A stretch of DNA of 64,000 nucleotides from contig OZ024740.1 in NCBI GenBank assembly GCA_964016885.1, positions 209,932,001-209,996,000 on the forward strand, given 5' to 3'. The position numbers were made by a program, and so were the translations under genes. The stretch comes from Eledone cirrhosa. Lineage: Eukaryota. Positions 1-12,881 of this stretch are shown here, in pieces (the stretch's first letter is position 1; each line of letters starts with the position of its first letter). The notes beneath the pieces are model-generated. The model did no database searches. It had not been told where the DNA came from and worked only from the letters and a program-made list of their open reading frames with translations.

Positions 1-239
1 TATTTTTTGGTTGAAAAATATAACTTAGTTCTGCATTGGTTTAAGTTTGCTACATTAAAATTGTGGTGTTGATGGAGAGGTGACACAAAAAGTAGAAGTG
101 TGAAATAAAGTTTGGAAAAATATTTCAAATTACAATCATAAATATTAAAATGCTCAACAATATTTACTGATCAATGAGAATAAAATTGATTTTTGATAAG
201 GAATAATTTAGAAACCTTACATGAGAACTGTAAAGATCC

Positions 240-740
240 ACCATCATCATAAGTTTTATGTCTGTTTATCCATGCTTGCATAGTCTGGGTGAGTTTTCAC
301 TAGCAGAGTTTTTCTTCACGTGTTATGATCCTTTGTTATCTCTTCTGTGAGGTTCATCATCCTAAATTCAGTTCTCACTTCTTTTGCCCACTTCATTAAC
401 TACCTTCTACTTGAAATTTCTGACACTTCAATACCCAAAGATTATCATCCATACATATGACATGTTTATACCAGTGCAATCTCTTTGCATACTAAATCTG
501 ATTTCTCTTATGTCCAGTTTTTCTTTCAATTCATCTTGCTTTGTCACTCATGCACACTAACATTACACACCCATCAGAGCATGATCACTTAATTTCTTTC
601 TAACATTTACAAATCTTCTACATTCAATGCCTATGTCTCACTACCATACAACACCATATGTCTCATACAGGCATCATACAATCTACTCTAATAGATTTCA
701 GTAATTTATCAGCAGGTTAAAGAATGGTTGAAGTAAAAAT
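240..740 (-). mobile_element. Decayed 3' part of an RTE-clade LINE
   Basis: Starts with (CAT)n, i.e. a (GAT)n tail on the minus strand. Internal sequence resembles the better-preserved RTE copy at 37275-37990 (e.g. ccagtgcaatctct, cacactaacattacacacccatcagagcatg). Confidence 0.6.
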
Positions 741-859
741 TTTTTTTTACTCAGCTTTATAAAATCATAACAGAAAGGCAAATCATATTCTATTGTCTGC
801 ATCTAGAAGGGAATTTTACTGTAAAACTTTACCCACATGCATAGACAATAAATGAACCC

Positions 860-1060
860 TAGCATGGGTTCAAATCTCCATTCAGGCACTCCTGTGTTTA
901 CTTGTCTATCTGTTTCATCATCCTCAATAATCCTCACACTAACCTATAAGCCCAGTCCTTTCCCCGAGATATCACTCCTCTGGAATTACTTCCCTGCCCA
1001 TATTTTCCCTACAGCCATCAACTTATAACTATTGAAGAATATGAACCAGATCAATCTCAC
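860..1060 (+). mobile_element. Decayed LINE 3' coding fragment (CR1/Jockey-like)
   Basis: Translates with a stop to ...PLWNYFPAHIFPTAINL*LLKNMNQINL, resembling the WN.LP...F...K C-terminal motif of CR1-group ORF2. Confidence 0.45.
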
Positions 1061-1230
1061 TGTTGGGGGACTGTGAAAGCTCTGGGTACACTCCTTCCTC
1101 CAGACTAAGTCAATATGTCAAACAAACAGTTATGAATTGGCTAAATCTGGACATCATATATGGGTTGTATATTCTGCATGCTGGAAACTCTCACCTCTGT
1201 TTTAATTGTTAATGATAATAATAACAATAA

Positions 1231-1607
1231 TAATTGTTTCTACTTTTGGCACAAGGCCACCAATTACCCAGTACATTACTGGTACTTTATTTTATCGACC
1301 CCATATGGATGAAAGGCAAAGTTAATCTCGGCGGGATTTGAACTCAGGTCGTAAAGGGACGTAACTCTATGCTAGAAAGCATGTCCGACCCTCTACCGAT
1401 ACTGCCAATTCACCATAATAATTGCTTCTACTTTTGGCCCAAGGCCAGAAATTAACTAGTACATTACTGGTACTTTATTTTATCGACCCCGTAAGGATGA
1501 AAGGCAAAGTTAACCTCGGAGGGATTTGAACTCAGTCCGTAAAGGGACGTAACTATGCTGCAAAGCATGGCGTCCGACCCTCTACCGATATTACCAACCC
1601 ACCGCCC
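1231..1607 (-). mobile_element. Two tandem copies of tRNA-derived SINE family A (1231-1414, 1419-1607)
   Basis: On the minus strand: A box TGGCAGTATCGG, B box GAGTTCAAATCC, core GAGGTTAACTTTGCCTTTCATCCTTACGGGGTCGATAAAATAAAGTACCAG and (ATT)n tail. About 20 copies occur in the window. Confidence 0.9.
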
Positions 1608-2507
1608 TAGATAATAGTCCTTAAACAGTATGGCTGGGTGTGATTGAAGAGAAGGGTGCACAAAGAAAGACACAAAGAAGTATTTAATTTATGTCAATTC
1701 CTCCTATTTATAGAGTGGTAATCAATTCTAAATTTGAATAAACATCTTGTTTCCTCTTCAATAAACTTTCAGCTCTTTAACAAAACACGTGGGAGGTAGA
1801 AAGTATGTTACATAACCATGGCTATCTTAGACGTAGGCTTCAGAAGGAAATTAGTAGGTTATAAAGATTAAAGAAAAACACTGGAATAACAATATAAAAA
1901 CAAACGAAAAGACACAACTGAAGACTATTATATATATATATATATAAACATCACCATATATATGCTATACTGAAACAAATGTTTTCCAGAGACTTATCAA
2001 ATGTTTAGTAACAAAACAGACATACTGAGAGATGCTCATAATCTACATTTCCGAAACTTGTGTGTGTTATAAAAATAACATTACTAAAATGTTTCATTTT
2101 GCCTTGTGACAACAAAAAGAGGAGTAGGAGAAGGCAGAATTAACGTTATATACACACACATATTCTATACCATAAAACTACTCATACTCTTACCCTCAAC
2201 ACACATACATACATGTATTTATGTTTTAATTGTGTATCGACCTGTTGCGCGCGTTTCGCAGAGAATTAGCTCAAAGTCACACATATAAATAAATAAATAT
2301 ATATATAATGTGGGTAAGAGTATGAGTAATTTTAAAGTATCTTAGAAAATCATTCAGTAAGACGAATAAAAATGTATATTTAACATTCATATCATGTCTT
2401 GTATGTGGACTCAAACTAGTATTGGTTATATGGATTCTATTCCACAATGCGACGTTGTTTGTACTTTATATGAGTTTCTGAGATGAGGAATTATCATTAT
2501 TATGCAC

Positions 2508-2840
2508 GTGGCCCTTTCCATTCTGAGTTCAAATCCCGCCGAGGTTAACTTTGCCTTTCATCCTTACGGGGTCGATAAAATAAAGTACCAGTAATGCACT
2601 GGGTAATTGCTGGCCCTGTGCCAAAAGAAGAAACAATTATTATGCACGTGGATTGACAGTACCAGTAGAGGGGGGCCGGACACCATGCTTTGACGCATAG
2701 AGTTACGGCCCTTGCCATTCTGAGTTCAAATCCCGCCGAGGTTAACTTTGCCTTTCATCATTACGGAGTCGATAAAATAAAGTACCAGTAATACACTGGG
2801 TTATTGCTGGCCTTGTGCCAAAAAGTAGAAACAATTATTA
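2508..2840 (+). mobile_element. Two tandem SINE A copies (first is 5'-truncated)
   Basis: Same B box, core and tail; ATTATTATGCAC occurs before, between and after the copies. Confidence 0.9.
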
Positions 2841-3330
2841 TGCACTTATGTATATTGAGTAGTGTCACCATTTTGGTTGTTATAGTTACATTTCAGCAGT
2901 TAGGTACCTGTTGTCGGGGCTGGATTAAGTCATTTTGAAACCCAATCCTTTAAAAGAGTATGGTCCCCCCACATATATAAACTATGAAAGAAAAAGTGAG
3001 GATAACAAATACATTTAATTTGGATAAAATGGTGCTCCCTTCCCTTGATGCTCTAAACATGTGTTTGTGTTTAATGGTTAACCCAGGTCACTTGTATTCG
3101 GTAACGTTCTTGGAATTTCGAAGCGAGATTTTTAATTCAAACCAAGATAGATTGTTCTCATTCTGTTGTTTTTGTAGTAGATCAAAGTATACATCCACCT
3201 GTGGGTCAGTGAATCGAATCAATATCTATACACACACACACCAGAGATCAATATCAATAGCATATACATAAGCTGTGACATGACCACAGCTTAAAATCGT
3301 CATAGTGAAACTTATTTACGTTTATTATAT

Positions 3331-3520
3331 GGTGGATTGGCAGTATCGGTAGAGAGTCGGACACCATGCTTTGACGCATAGAGTTACGGCCCTTGCTATT
3401 CTGAGTTCAAATGCCGCCGAGGTTAACTTTGCCTTTCATCCTTACGGGGTCGATAAAATAAACTACCAGTAATGTGCTGGGATAATTGCTGGCCTTGTGC
3501 CAAAAAGTAGAAACAATTAT
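3331..3520 (+). mobile_element. SINE A, full length
   Basis: A box, B box, core and ATT tail all present. Confidence 0.9.
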
Positions 3521-4249
3521 CTGTTAGACACGCAGTGACTAACAACAGAATGTTTTAAGTCTACATGTTGTCTGACAATATATGCGTAGCTTGTGAATAA
3601 AAGATTCAAGGGGTATCGCTGGCCGTGGCGATTCCTTCAAAACATGTTTTGTAATAATGTATCGTCTTATTGGCTAATCAACCAACGAGAGTAATTGTTG
3701 CTCAAAAGCGTTTTGTTTGCACGTTTATTTATCGTTTCGCTTTCGAGTCTCTCTCCTGTATTTTGTCGTTTTATCATCAAAATATTTTTCTCGTTTTGGT
3801 AAGTTATATTGTTAATTTATATGATTTTTTAAAATTTATATTAACTATTTTTTTTTCAGTTCGTTATAACATGCTTAGAATATTGGTTGTATCATATTTA
3901 CTTGTATATATGTCCATATTGTTCGTTTTATGTTAGATTATTTTATTATTATTATGTTAGATTATTTTTTATTATTATTATGTTAGACTATTTGTATGTA
4001 ATATTTAATTTTTATTAATTCAACTATAACAATTATTATGTAAAATATATTTATTTAATATTGATTGTTTTTTGTAGTTGTTTATATTAAAAGTCTGAAA
4101 ATATTTTTATAGATCTTACAATAATATTTATAAGATCATTTATAAAATAACAATTATATAATCTAATTACATTACAACGATAATTTCTTATTAATATATA
4201 TCATGTTTAACTAGAGTTATTACAAGCGTTGCCTTAAAAAACATATTAA

Positions 4250-4700
4250 ACTAGACCTGAAAAATGCGCAAGCTCAAAAGAGCTACAGAATGTTATAATA
4301 AACCTTCAAAAGTGTGGGACTAGAGTTGTTGCTCAAAAATATTGTAATCATTATCTATCGTACACTCTGTGGCATCCTTTTATAAAAAAGAGACTCATAA
4401 CGAACTCAAAACAACACGATAATTATTTAAGTGAATTTATAATATAGAATTCGGTTTAAATGCATTTCGTATTAATCATTACTAAACATCTAATATGAGA
4501 TATTGAACATTAGCTTAAATAATTATCGTGTCGTATTGAGTTCGTTATGAGTCTCTTTTTTATAAAAGGATGCAACAGAATGTAGTGTACAATAGATAAT
4601 AATTACAATATTTTTGAGCAACAACTCTAGTCCCACACTTTTGAAGGTTTATTATAACATTCTGTGGCTCTTTTGAGCTTGCGCATTTTTCAGGTCTAGT
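4250..4700. mobile_element. Fold-back/MITE-like element with about 180-bp inverted arms
   Basis: ACTAGACCTGAAAAATGCGCAAGCTC... (4250-4431) is the near-perfect reverse complement of 4514-4700 (...GAGCTTGCGCATTTTTCAGGTCTAGT), with an AT-rich spacer of about 80 bp. No TSD seen. Confidence 0.75.
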
Positions 4701-4707
4701 GTATACA

Positions 4708-4815
4708 TTCCCGCCGAGGTTAACTTTGCCTTTCATCCTTACGGGGTCGATAAAATAAAGTACCAGTAATATACTGGTTAACTGCTGGCCTTGTGTCAAA
4801 CGTAGAAACAATTAT
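4708..4815 (+). mobile_element. SINE A, 5'-truncated
   Basis: Core and tail only, beginning CCCGCCGAGG. Confidence 0.85.
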
Positions 4816-6940
4816 ATATAAACAAATTCTTAACATGTAAGTAGATCAATGTGAGTATAAGGTCACTAAGGAACGAATACAAATATGTCGCTCGACCTGT
4901 TAAAAATAGCAGTCAAATCTCCGGTCTTCCCGACAAAAGACAAAAGGTAAAAAACACGAGAAGGCCATCGCTAGTATGCTTTTGATCAAAAGTTTACACA
5001 ACAGATTCTGTTAACAGTCAATGAGGATGTCTTAACTTTGAATAATGGTGGAATACTAGACATAACCGCAAATAATAACTACGGGCATAAGTGAGTGCGT
5101 GGGTGGAAGCAGCCTTCAATCGCCTGATAAGGTTAGTAGGGAGGGAAAGACAATTGGATACTTGACCTGTGAACTTTTAACCTTTCAACAAACATTATTC
5201 CACAAAAAGAAAAAAAAAAAGTGGGAGCTACATGTATTTAGGAACAGGTTAATATGAACGCATTTAAAGTTTTGGAACAGGTTGACCTTTCTTGGAAAGG
5301 AATTTACTGCAAGCAGGAAGAGGAACAAGCGTGTGAACAAAAAATGTCTGTCTATTGTATCTATCTATCTTTTTTTTGCCCATCTTATTTATCTATCACC
5401 TATCTATTTATCATCTATCAAACCACGATAATAATTTAATACCTACGGTAAGATTAAGTAAAAAGATGATGACTGATGTATATTTTAGAGTAATATAGAG
5501 CTCGAGGACACTTGTAATGACTCGTTAGCATGTGTACTGCGAAAACAGTTAAGTTCTGTAGTCTTCAGATAATAGCATTATAGTCCTTTCCAATACTACT
5601 TTCTTTTTCTATATGTTTAACTAAATATTAAATTCTTTATTATTTTTATGTAATTTTATCCTAGAAATATATTTAAGTATTTTGAAATAAAATATTACCA
5701 GCATTTTTTAAAAAAGAAACTATGTATATAAACCTTAATTATTAAGACAAACAAAATAAGTGAGCAAGTGTTAAGAAAAATAATCAAACCGCCGAGTATA
5801 CATGAAACTTACATGAATATAAAACATCTTATAGAATCTTGAAATGTACTGAGGGAAGACAAACAAAATATAAATGTTAGAACTTTTAGTAGCTGCCATG
5901 AGATTATATAAGTGGTCACTTTTTAAAAGAAAAATCAGTGTTGCAGAGCTAAGGTACCACTAAATCGGTTTCGATGGTAAACATTTTTACTTCCTTTGTG
6001 TTGCTAATGCTGCCAGAGAAAGTATGCACGACACACGTACTATATAAAAGAAAAAAAAATGGATCTCAGTCGGTTTTAATGATGATAATTTCAGTTGGAT
6101 CAACTGGCCTACTTATTCATTGACGTTTATGAGTGGATGAGTATTTGAAACCTTCATGTAATTCTCAAGTAGAATCAGTGTTACAACGTGACAAAATCAT
6201 CCCTTTGAATAATTACAAGTACAGTTCACCCGACAGACCTCACAGTATTCGCCTATCCAATTTTCCTCACAAAGCTCAACTTGATTCGAAGCTCTCGTAA
6301 AACAATTGCGCAAGTAACCATGCAGTGGAAACAATCATGGGACCTCATGATTGTGAGGCTTATTATTAAAGACATGACCATGTCTGCGTTATCTATATAT
6401 TAATTTGAACAACGTCAGTATTCCGTGTGTCATAATTCTCGATTATAATTGGTTCATAGGTTTCAAACGACTCCACCCACCTCAACGACGCCAAACTTAA
6501 ATTAATACGCATAATGCCAATGAGGGAGTGAGAGGGGAGAGTAAGAAACAGAGAGGCAAAGTGAAGGCTGTAACTATTACCATGTGTGCGTGTGTACGTA
6601 CGTGCGCGTATGTTTATGTGTGCGTGCAGCGTTCCACAGAAAGTAAAAACTATCAACATGTGTGAGTGTGTAAGTGCACGGGTGCGCGTTTCCATGCGTG
6701 TAAGTGTGTGTAAGTGCACGGGTGCGCGTTTCCATGCGTGTATGTGTGTGTACGTGGGCCGTTCCACAATCGTCACGCAGTTTATCTGTCTGTGTGCCTG
6801 TCTGTCAGTCTAACATACACAGAGTTGTGAAGGGAGTAAATAGGGACCTTTTTTTACATTGACAGACATCTTTTATATTTATTATTGCGTCATTTTTTGC
6901 TCGAAATAAAAGTAATTCGACTTTATCAAACAGTGAACTA

Positions 6941-7130
6941 CAGCGGCGACGGCGTGCAGCCAGCAATGAAGAAAAACGGGCCGAACAGCGCCATCGGAAC
7001 GCCGAACTTCAGAGGCGATGACGTGCCTCCATAAATGAAGAGGAGCTGGTTTAACAACGCCAACGAAACACTGGAGCCAAGCAGCGACGGCGTGCTGCGA
7101 TGGTTGAAGACGAACTGGCTGAGCATCATC
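6941..7130 (+). pseudogene. Relic resembling the R/E/Q-rich N-terminal repeats of Helitron RepHel proteins
   Basis: GC-rich island translating as QRRRRAASNEEKRAEQRHRNAELQRR*RASINEEELV*QRQRNTGAKQRRRAAMVEDELAEHH with two stops; Helitron termini lie adjacent. Confidence 0.45.
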
Positions 7131-7156
7131 TTTTATATTAATTATCTATATCTATA

Positions 7157-7490
7157 TCTACATATAATATAAAAGATTCCTTTTGAGAAACGTGGAACCA
7201 CCACGTCTATGCAACGATACACGTTTTACAGTCAGGCAGAAGATGAACCATCTCCTAGAGGTCACTATTCTAGGTGGGAGCACCTAGAATTGTTCATATA
7301 CTATGCATAAACGGTACAACGAAGAATCTGGTATATCTGGAAGATTTTTTTTTACTGTTTTTTGTATCACACAGACACCACGGACTCGCCTCAAACTGTA
7401 ACCAGACAAACATCCAATACAGTCATTTTCTCTTTTACCTGTCTTCTTTTATTATCTGTTTACCCGGGCGAAGCTGGGTACGTCAGCTAG
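7157..7490 (+). mobile_element. Non-autonomous Helitron
   Basis: 5' A|TCTACATATAATATAAAAG; 3' hairpin TACCCGG-GCGAAG-CTGGGTA followed by CTAG|T; AT target dinucleotide. Confidence 0.7.
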
Positions 7491-8634
7491 TGCTTTATAT
7501 ATATCTGTAATATGATGCCTTACGTAAGAAATCAATATTCTTCTCTGTTGGTTCGAGGACACACTTAAAGCCAAGTCAAATATAGAGACGCGTTCATAAT
7601 TTATGTATAAAGCCTTAAACTGACGCGTCGGATTTTCCTTTGAAAACAATATATATATATTTTATATCAAGTGACCACAACCGTCATTGAAATATGTATC
7701 ACACCTTTATTAATAAAGCACTATTTAACGCCTACAACTTCGCATTTTTCTCATTATATATATACTAGCATGTGTAGTGTGTATATTGATATTATACGCA
7801 GGTATATATGCATGTAGATATGATACATCAAATAAAATCGTAATTGACAATATATAATACATAGAAATTGAACGAAGACTGTGTTACACTTGTGTTACAC
7901 TGTCTTATGAAATCAGTAACAATCCATGATACATTAAAAAAGACGATATCTAATATATATTTGTGAAATAGGTGGTGGTTGAAATTCAGATGTGCACGGT
8001 TAAATGGTAGTAGACGTGGTCGGACGGACATGAAAATTTACACACCTATGTAAAAAGTGCCAAGGAAGCAAATAGACGAGGTTTCAAATCTCTAACTTGA
8101 AAAATGTGGTCACTAGGGCCCCAAAACAGTCTATTTACTATCGCGTTCGGTTAGTTATTTCCCCCTGTTCTAATACTTGGCTGAGTTATTTACAATTTCA
8201 TACAAATTTTTAAACTCATCAACGTTCATACAAACCTTCATAATATACATTTTAAAACTTGCATATCATCGACATTGCTATTTCGCTGTTAATAAACTAT
8301 CATCCTTCTACATTTAACGATCTTACAGTACCGTTTTATTAAATCGATTCTGCAGTACGGTCACTGTTTTCCACCAAAAGAAATAAAACCCTTACATTGC
8401 GAAGAAGGGGCGCGTGTTTTTATTTTAATTCTAATACATGTTAACCACCACTAAGAGTAAGTAGTATTTTTCAAATTGCATATCATCGACATTGCTATTT
8501 CGCTGTTAATAAACAACGCTTCTCATTGCACGCAGTCCAGCCCCAAGTGCATATTTCTATTTTTTTCCCTGAAACTGCTTTTTTATAATAAACTTTCAAT
8601 AATATTTTTCAAATTATTAACTTAATAAAAAGTG

Positions 8635-8664
8635 GCCCCGGGTGCAACCGGGCTCAGCTGCTAG
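8635..8664 (+). mobile_element. Helitron 3' terminus (5' boundary unresolved)
   Basis: Hairpin CCCGG-GTGCAA-CCGGG, then CTCAGCTG and CTAG|T. A 39-bp direct repeat lies upstream (8259-8297 and 8476-8514). Confidence 0.6.
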
Positions 8665-9902
8665 TTATATATAAACTGCATTAGGAAAAAATTAGTGACA
8701 GAAAATTAGTATGTTTATTTAAGCGATCGCCAACCGGAAGTGTTGACATTTCAGAAATTTTAAAGAAGTGAATCTTTAAATAAACAAAATATATTTATTC
8801 AACAGCCACGAAATTTCGTAGATAAATTATGTAATATTCATTCATTATTTATTCAAAGTAATCCAACTTAATTTACTAATGGGATAACAAATTATAAACC
8901 GTACGCAGTCCCGCGTTCCTTACTTTATTATAGTTTAGATAGTGGAATAAATAAAACAAAACAAACACAGGGATGGGAAAAATACAGTCTTATTAAGATG
9001 ACGCTTTGGAGGAAGTAGAGGAGGGTTCGGCGCTTCGGAGGGTAGACCTTCGTCGGGAAATGGAGAGTTCGGATAGGGAGGGATCAGATAGGCACATAAA
9101 AGTTTGAAATTATATATATATATATACTTTTTACATACCCAAGTATAAATCCATTTATAAAAAGTTTTATTGTTATTTCTTAGAACAACCAATGTGGTGA
9201 CGGGTTTAGAAGTAGGAGAGTCAAACATGTTCTGAACAACTATTTGCTGTCAATCGTAAATAAGATTCTCTCTACACACTACACTTCCATAACATGTCAG
9301 TATGAGTGAGTATATACACATACATAGATACACACACACACACACACACTCTCAAGAGCGTGAAACTAATACACCTATATGTACTGCCTCTCTGTTTTTG
9401 TTCCAGTTCCAGTTTTCACTATATATATGTATATATATAACCAAAAGTTTAACAAGGTTCATTGATTAATCAATGAATATAGTTTTTCAATAGATTAGAA
9501 GCACTCAACAGTTAGGTTTTCTGGAGTTATTAATATTACTTCGAAATATTAATAAATATAGACATTCATGTGATCAAATATATTTTATTATATATATTTC
9601 AGAGGTACTGAGTTGTTTCATCGGTACGTCCTCATCAGATAAAATAAATTGATGTCTGACATACCTCAACTGTGCTGATGGTTCAATTCCAGTCTTGGCA
9701 GTGATTATGACAAAACTCAATATTTATATACCATAAGTAGTAACATGACAAACTACATATAATTGAGAGGGTACGTAGGAAAACATGTATAAAATAATAC
9801 AATAAGTATATATAAAACAAGTAAAATATATAAACATATAAGTACATAACTGTTAAAAATTTAAATAATTAAATATGTAAACATTCGTAATAGAGAAGAA
9901 GC

Positions 9903-9906
<4 letters not shown>

Positions 9907-9975
<69 letters not shown>
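9907..9975. repeat. (GA)n microsatellite
   Basis: Seen directly. Confidence 0.95.
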
Positions 9976-9977
<2 letters not shown>

Positions 9978-10534
9978 AAATAGAGGAGAAAAAGAAAAAG
10001 ATAGAGAGATGATACTAGAAACAAAGAAAGGGAGATATGTATGGTATAATATGATTACATAAAGAAAAGAAGCATAAAGGTATATATTAAGTTAGGTTTA
10101 AATACCGTGAAATTTTAGTCTATAATATTTGAAAGAAATTATACTATTATATTATATCAAAATTAAAACAATATAAAGTGAAAACGATAAAATATAATTT
10201 CAAGCGTAATCAAGAGTATATTTAAATTAATAAATATAATCAATAATTTAGTTAGAAAAATCAATATTAAAAATATTATTAACTAACAATGGTGCTTATA
10301 AATGTAGTAAATATGATATTATTAAACCTAACTTATTTAGATATGTATAGTTCTTTTATCTAAACTATATAATTTAAATCGATATTTGTCAATTATATAT
10401 AAGATTAATTATTAGATATAATTACACTTGAGAGTATTATTATTTTGATTTGACTAAATTTTACTGTATTCATTACTATAAATCAAGTTAAGTAGAAATT
10501 ATTAATCAATTCAGACAAAACGAAACTTATCTTA

Positions 10535-11628
10535 TCTATATATATAAAACTGTGGTTGTCTGTCTGTCTATCGATTTTTGGCACACATCTCCTCTTAGAA
10601 TCTCTCACGGAATTGCACCGAAATTGCTATACTTGTACATTGAGCCCTAGCGAAGACATCGGAAAAAAAAATATTTCAAATTGACCCACCCTATGTGACG
10701 AAATCGAATATAATCTATATATATAAAACTGTGGTTGTCTGTCTGTCTATCGATTTTTGGCACACATCTCCTCTTAGAATCTCTCACGGAATTGCACCGA
10801 AATTGCTATACTTGTACATTGAGCCCTAGCGAAGACATCGGAAAAAAAAATATTTCAAATTGACCCACCCTATGTGACGAAATCGAATATAATGTATCGA
10901 TTTTTGAGCGTAAGTGATCAGTTATTTCCCTTTGTTCTGTTTACATTGAGCGTCTTACGTAAAAGATTACGCTGGCTTTAACAGTTGTCGAGCCAGCAAA
11001 ATATTGACCTGCAAAATTCATCAGTTCGAACACTAAGCTTCCGTTTTGCTTCATTTCCATTTAAAAGCATTTTAAAACAATATTTTTACTTGAAAACAAG
11101 TCTATTTAAAGACTACGTAAAACAAGCAAATATTTCGTCGTTAGGCGTGCAGACAAACAGTCGTGCAGACAGACAGTCGTGCAGAGAGGTGATATACGCG
11201 TGCAGACAGATAGTCGTGCAGAGAGGTGATATAGGCGTGCAGACAGACAGTCGTGCAGAGAGGTGATATAGGCGTGCAGACAGACAGTCGTGCAGAGAGG
11301 TGATATAGGCGTGCAGACAGACATAACTGATAATTTGGTTACGCTAATGTTTTTCTCTGCGTTGCAGTGTTTACATTTTCGATCTTTGTTAATAAATAAC
11401 CAGTGCAGTTTCTATCCCCAGCATCCTCTTTTTTTATAACATTCGGGTTATCGTTATGTTTTCTTAACTTCATAAGGCATATTGTTGGTTGAGGGAATAT
11501 TAATCAAAAACACCACATGCAAGTCTGCACAGTAGACACTACAGTTTTTAAGCCAAGAAAGAAACTTAACATTGTAACTTTAACACAGCTACTGAGCGAC
11601 CCCGAGCAACGCCGGGCTTTACTGCTAG
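10535..11628 (+). mobile_element. Non-autonomous Helitron with duplicated 5' end and internal minisatellite
   Basis: 5' A|TCTATATATATAAAACTGTGG occurs at 10535 and again at 10714 (179-bp tandem copy). About 37-bp repeats at 11145-11322. 3' hairpin CCCG-AGCAACGC-CGGG followed by CTAG|T. Confidence 0.8.
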
Positions 11629-11718
11629 TATACGATAAATGTAAACAATATCTTCATACGACGTATTCAAACATTTAAATTAATTAAACGGTTTAAAAGT
11701 CTGAAGATATTACAGATA

Positions 11719-11759
<41 letters not shown>

Positions 11760-11798
11760 ACCACATATACACACACACACATATATATATAGCTATAT

Positions 11799-11829
<31 letters not shown>

Positions 11830-11880
11830 GCTATACACACACATATATATAGTTATACACACACACACACACACACACAC

Positions 11881-11986
<106 letters not shown>

Positions 11987-12047
11987 TATATATATACACT
12001 TACACATGTCAGTATATATATATGTATATATATATATATATGTATAG

Positions 12048-12200
12048 TAATAATAATAAAATTGAAGACTAAAATCCAGAGAGGGCTCGATAAGGAAAAT
12101 ATATATCAAATATATAAGAACCGAAGAGCAAATATTTATTAAAATAACAGATTAAAGTTTAAGCGATTCTTTGCTTAAACTTTAATCTGTTATTTTAATA
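12048..12200 (+). mobile_element. Rearranged copy of the dispersed element at 36371-36680, ending in a 28-bp hairpin
   Basis: 12048-12137 matches the reverse complement of about 36586-36677, followed by TATTAAAATAACAGATTAAAGTTTAAGC-gattcttt-GCTTAAACTTTAATCTGTTATTTTAATA. Confidence 0.7.
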
Positions 12201-12262
12201 AATATATATATATATGTATATATATATATATGTATATGTATATATATGTATGTATATATATG

Positions 12263-12331
<69 letters not shown>

Positions 12332-12346
12332 GTATGTATATATATG

Positions 12347-12377
<31 letters not shown>

Positions 12378-12392
12378 GTATGTATATATATG

Positions 12393-12423
<31 letters not shown>

Positions 12424-12452
12424 GTATATATATATATGTATATATATATATG

Positions 12453-12497
<45 letters not shown>

Positions 12498-12512
12498 GTA
12501 TATATATATATG

Positions 12513-12577
<65 letters not shown>

Positions 12578-12696
12578 GTATATATGTATATATATATATA
12601 TGTATATATGTATATATATATGTATATATGTATATATGTATATATATATATATGTATATATGTATATATGTATATATATGTATATATATATATATG

Positions 12697-12742
<46 letters not shown>

Positions 12743-12743
12743 C

Positions 12744-12788
<45 letters not shown>

Positions 12789-12831
12789 CATATATATATA
12801 TACATATATATATATACATATATATATATAC

Positions 12832-12862
<31 letters not shown>

Positions 12863-12881
12863 CATATATATATATACATAT

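Noticed and set aside
1231-1607. A/B-box sequences as tRNA genes
   Set aside because: No complete cloverleaf; always fused to the SINE core and tail.
3660-3805. CCAAT-like motif plus GTAAGT donor as a promoter or first exon
   Set aside because: Short motifs expected by chance; cannot be supported without transcript data.
8990-9100. Purine/GC-rich island with Pro-rich minus-strand ORF
   Set aside because: No recognisable motif, termini or splice signals; left unassigned.
9608-9642. Minus-strand CTGATGAG...GAAAC hammerhead-like motif
   Set aside because: Stems I, II and III do not pair convincingly.
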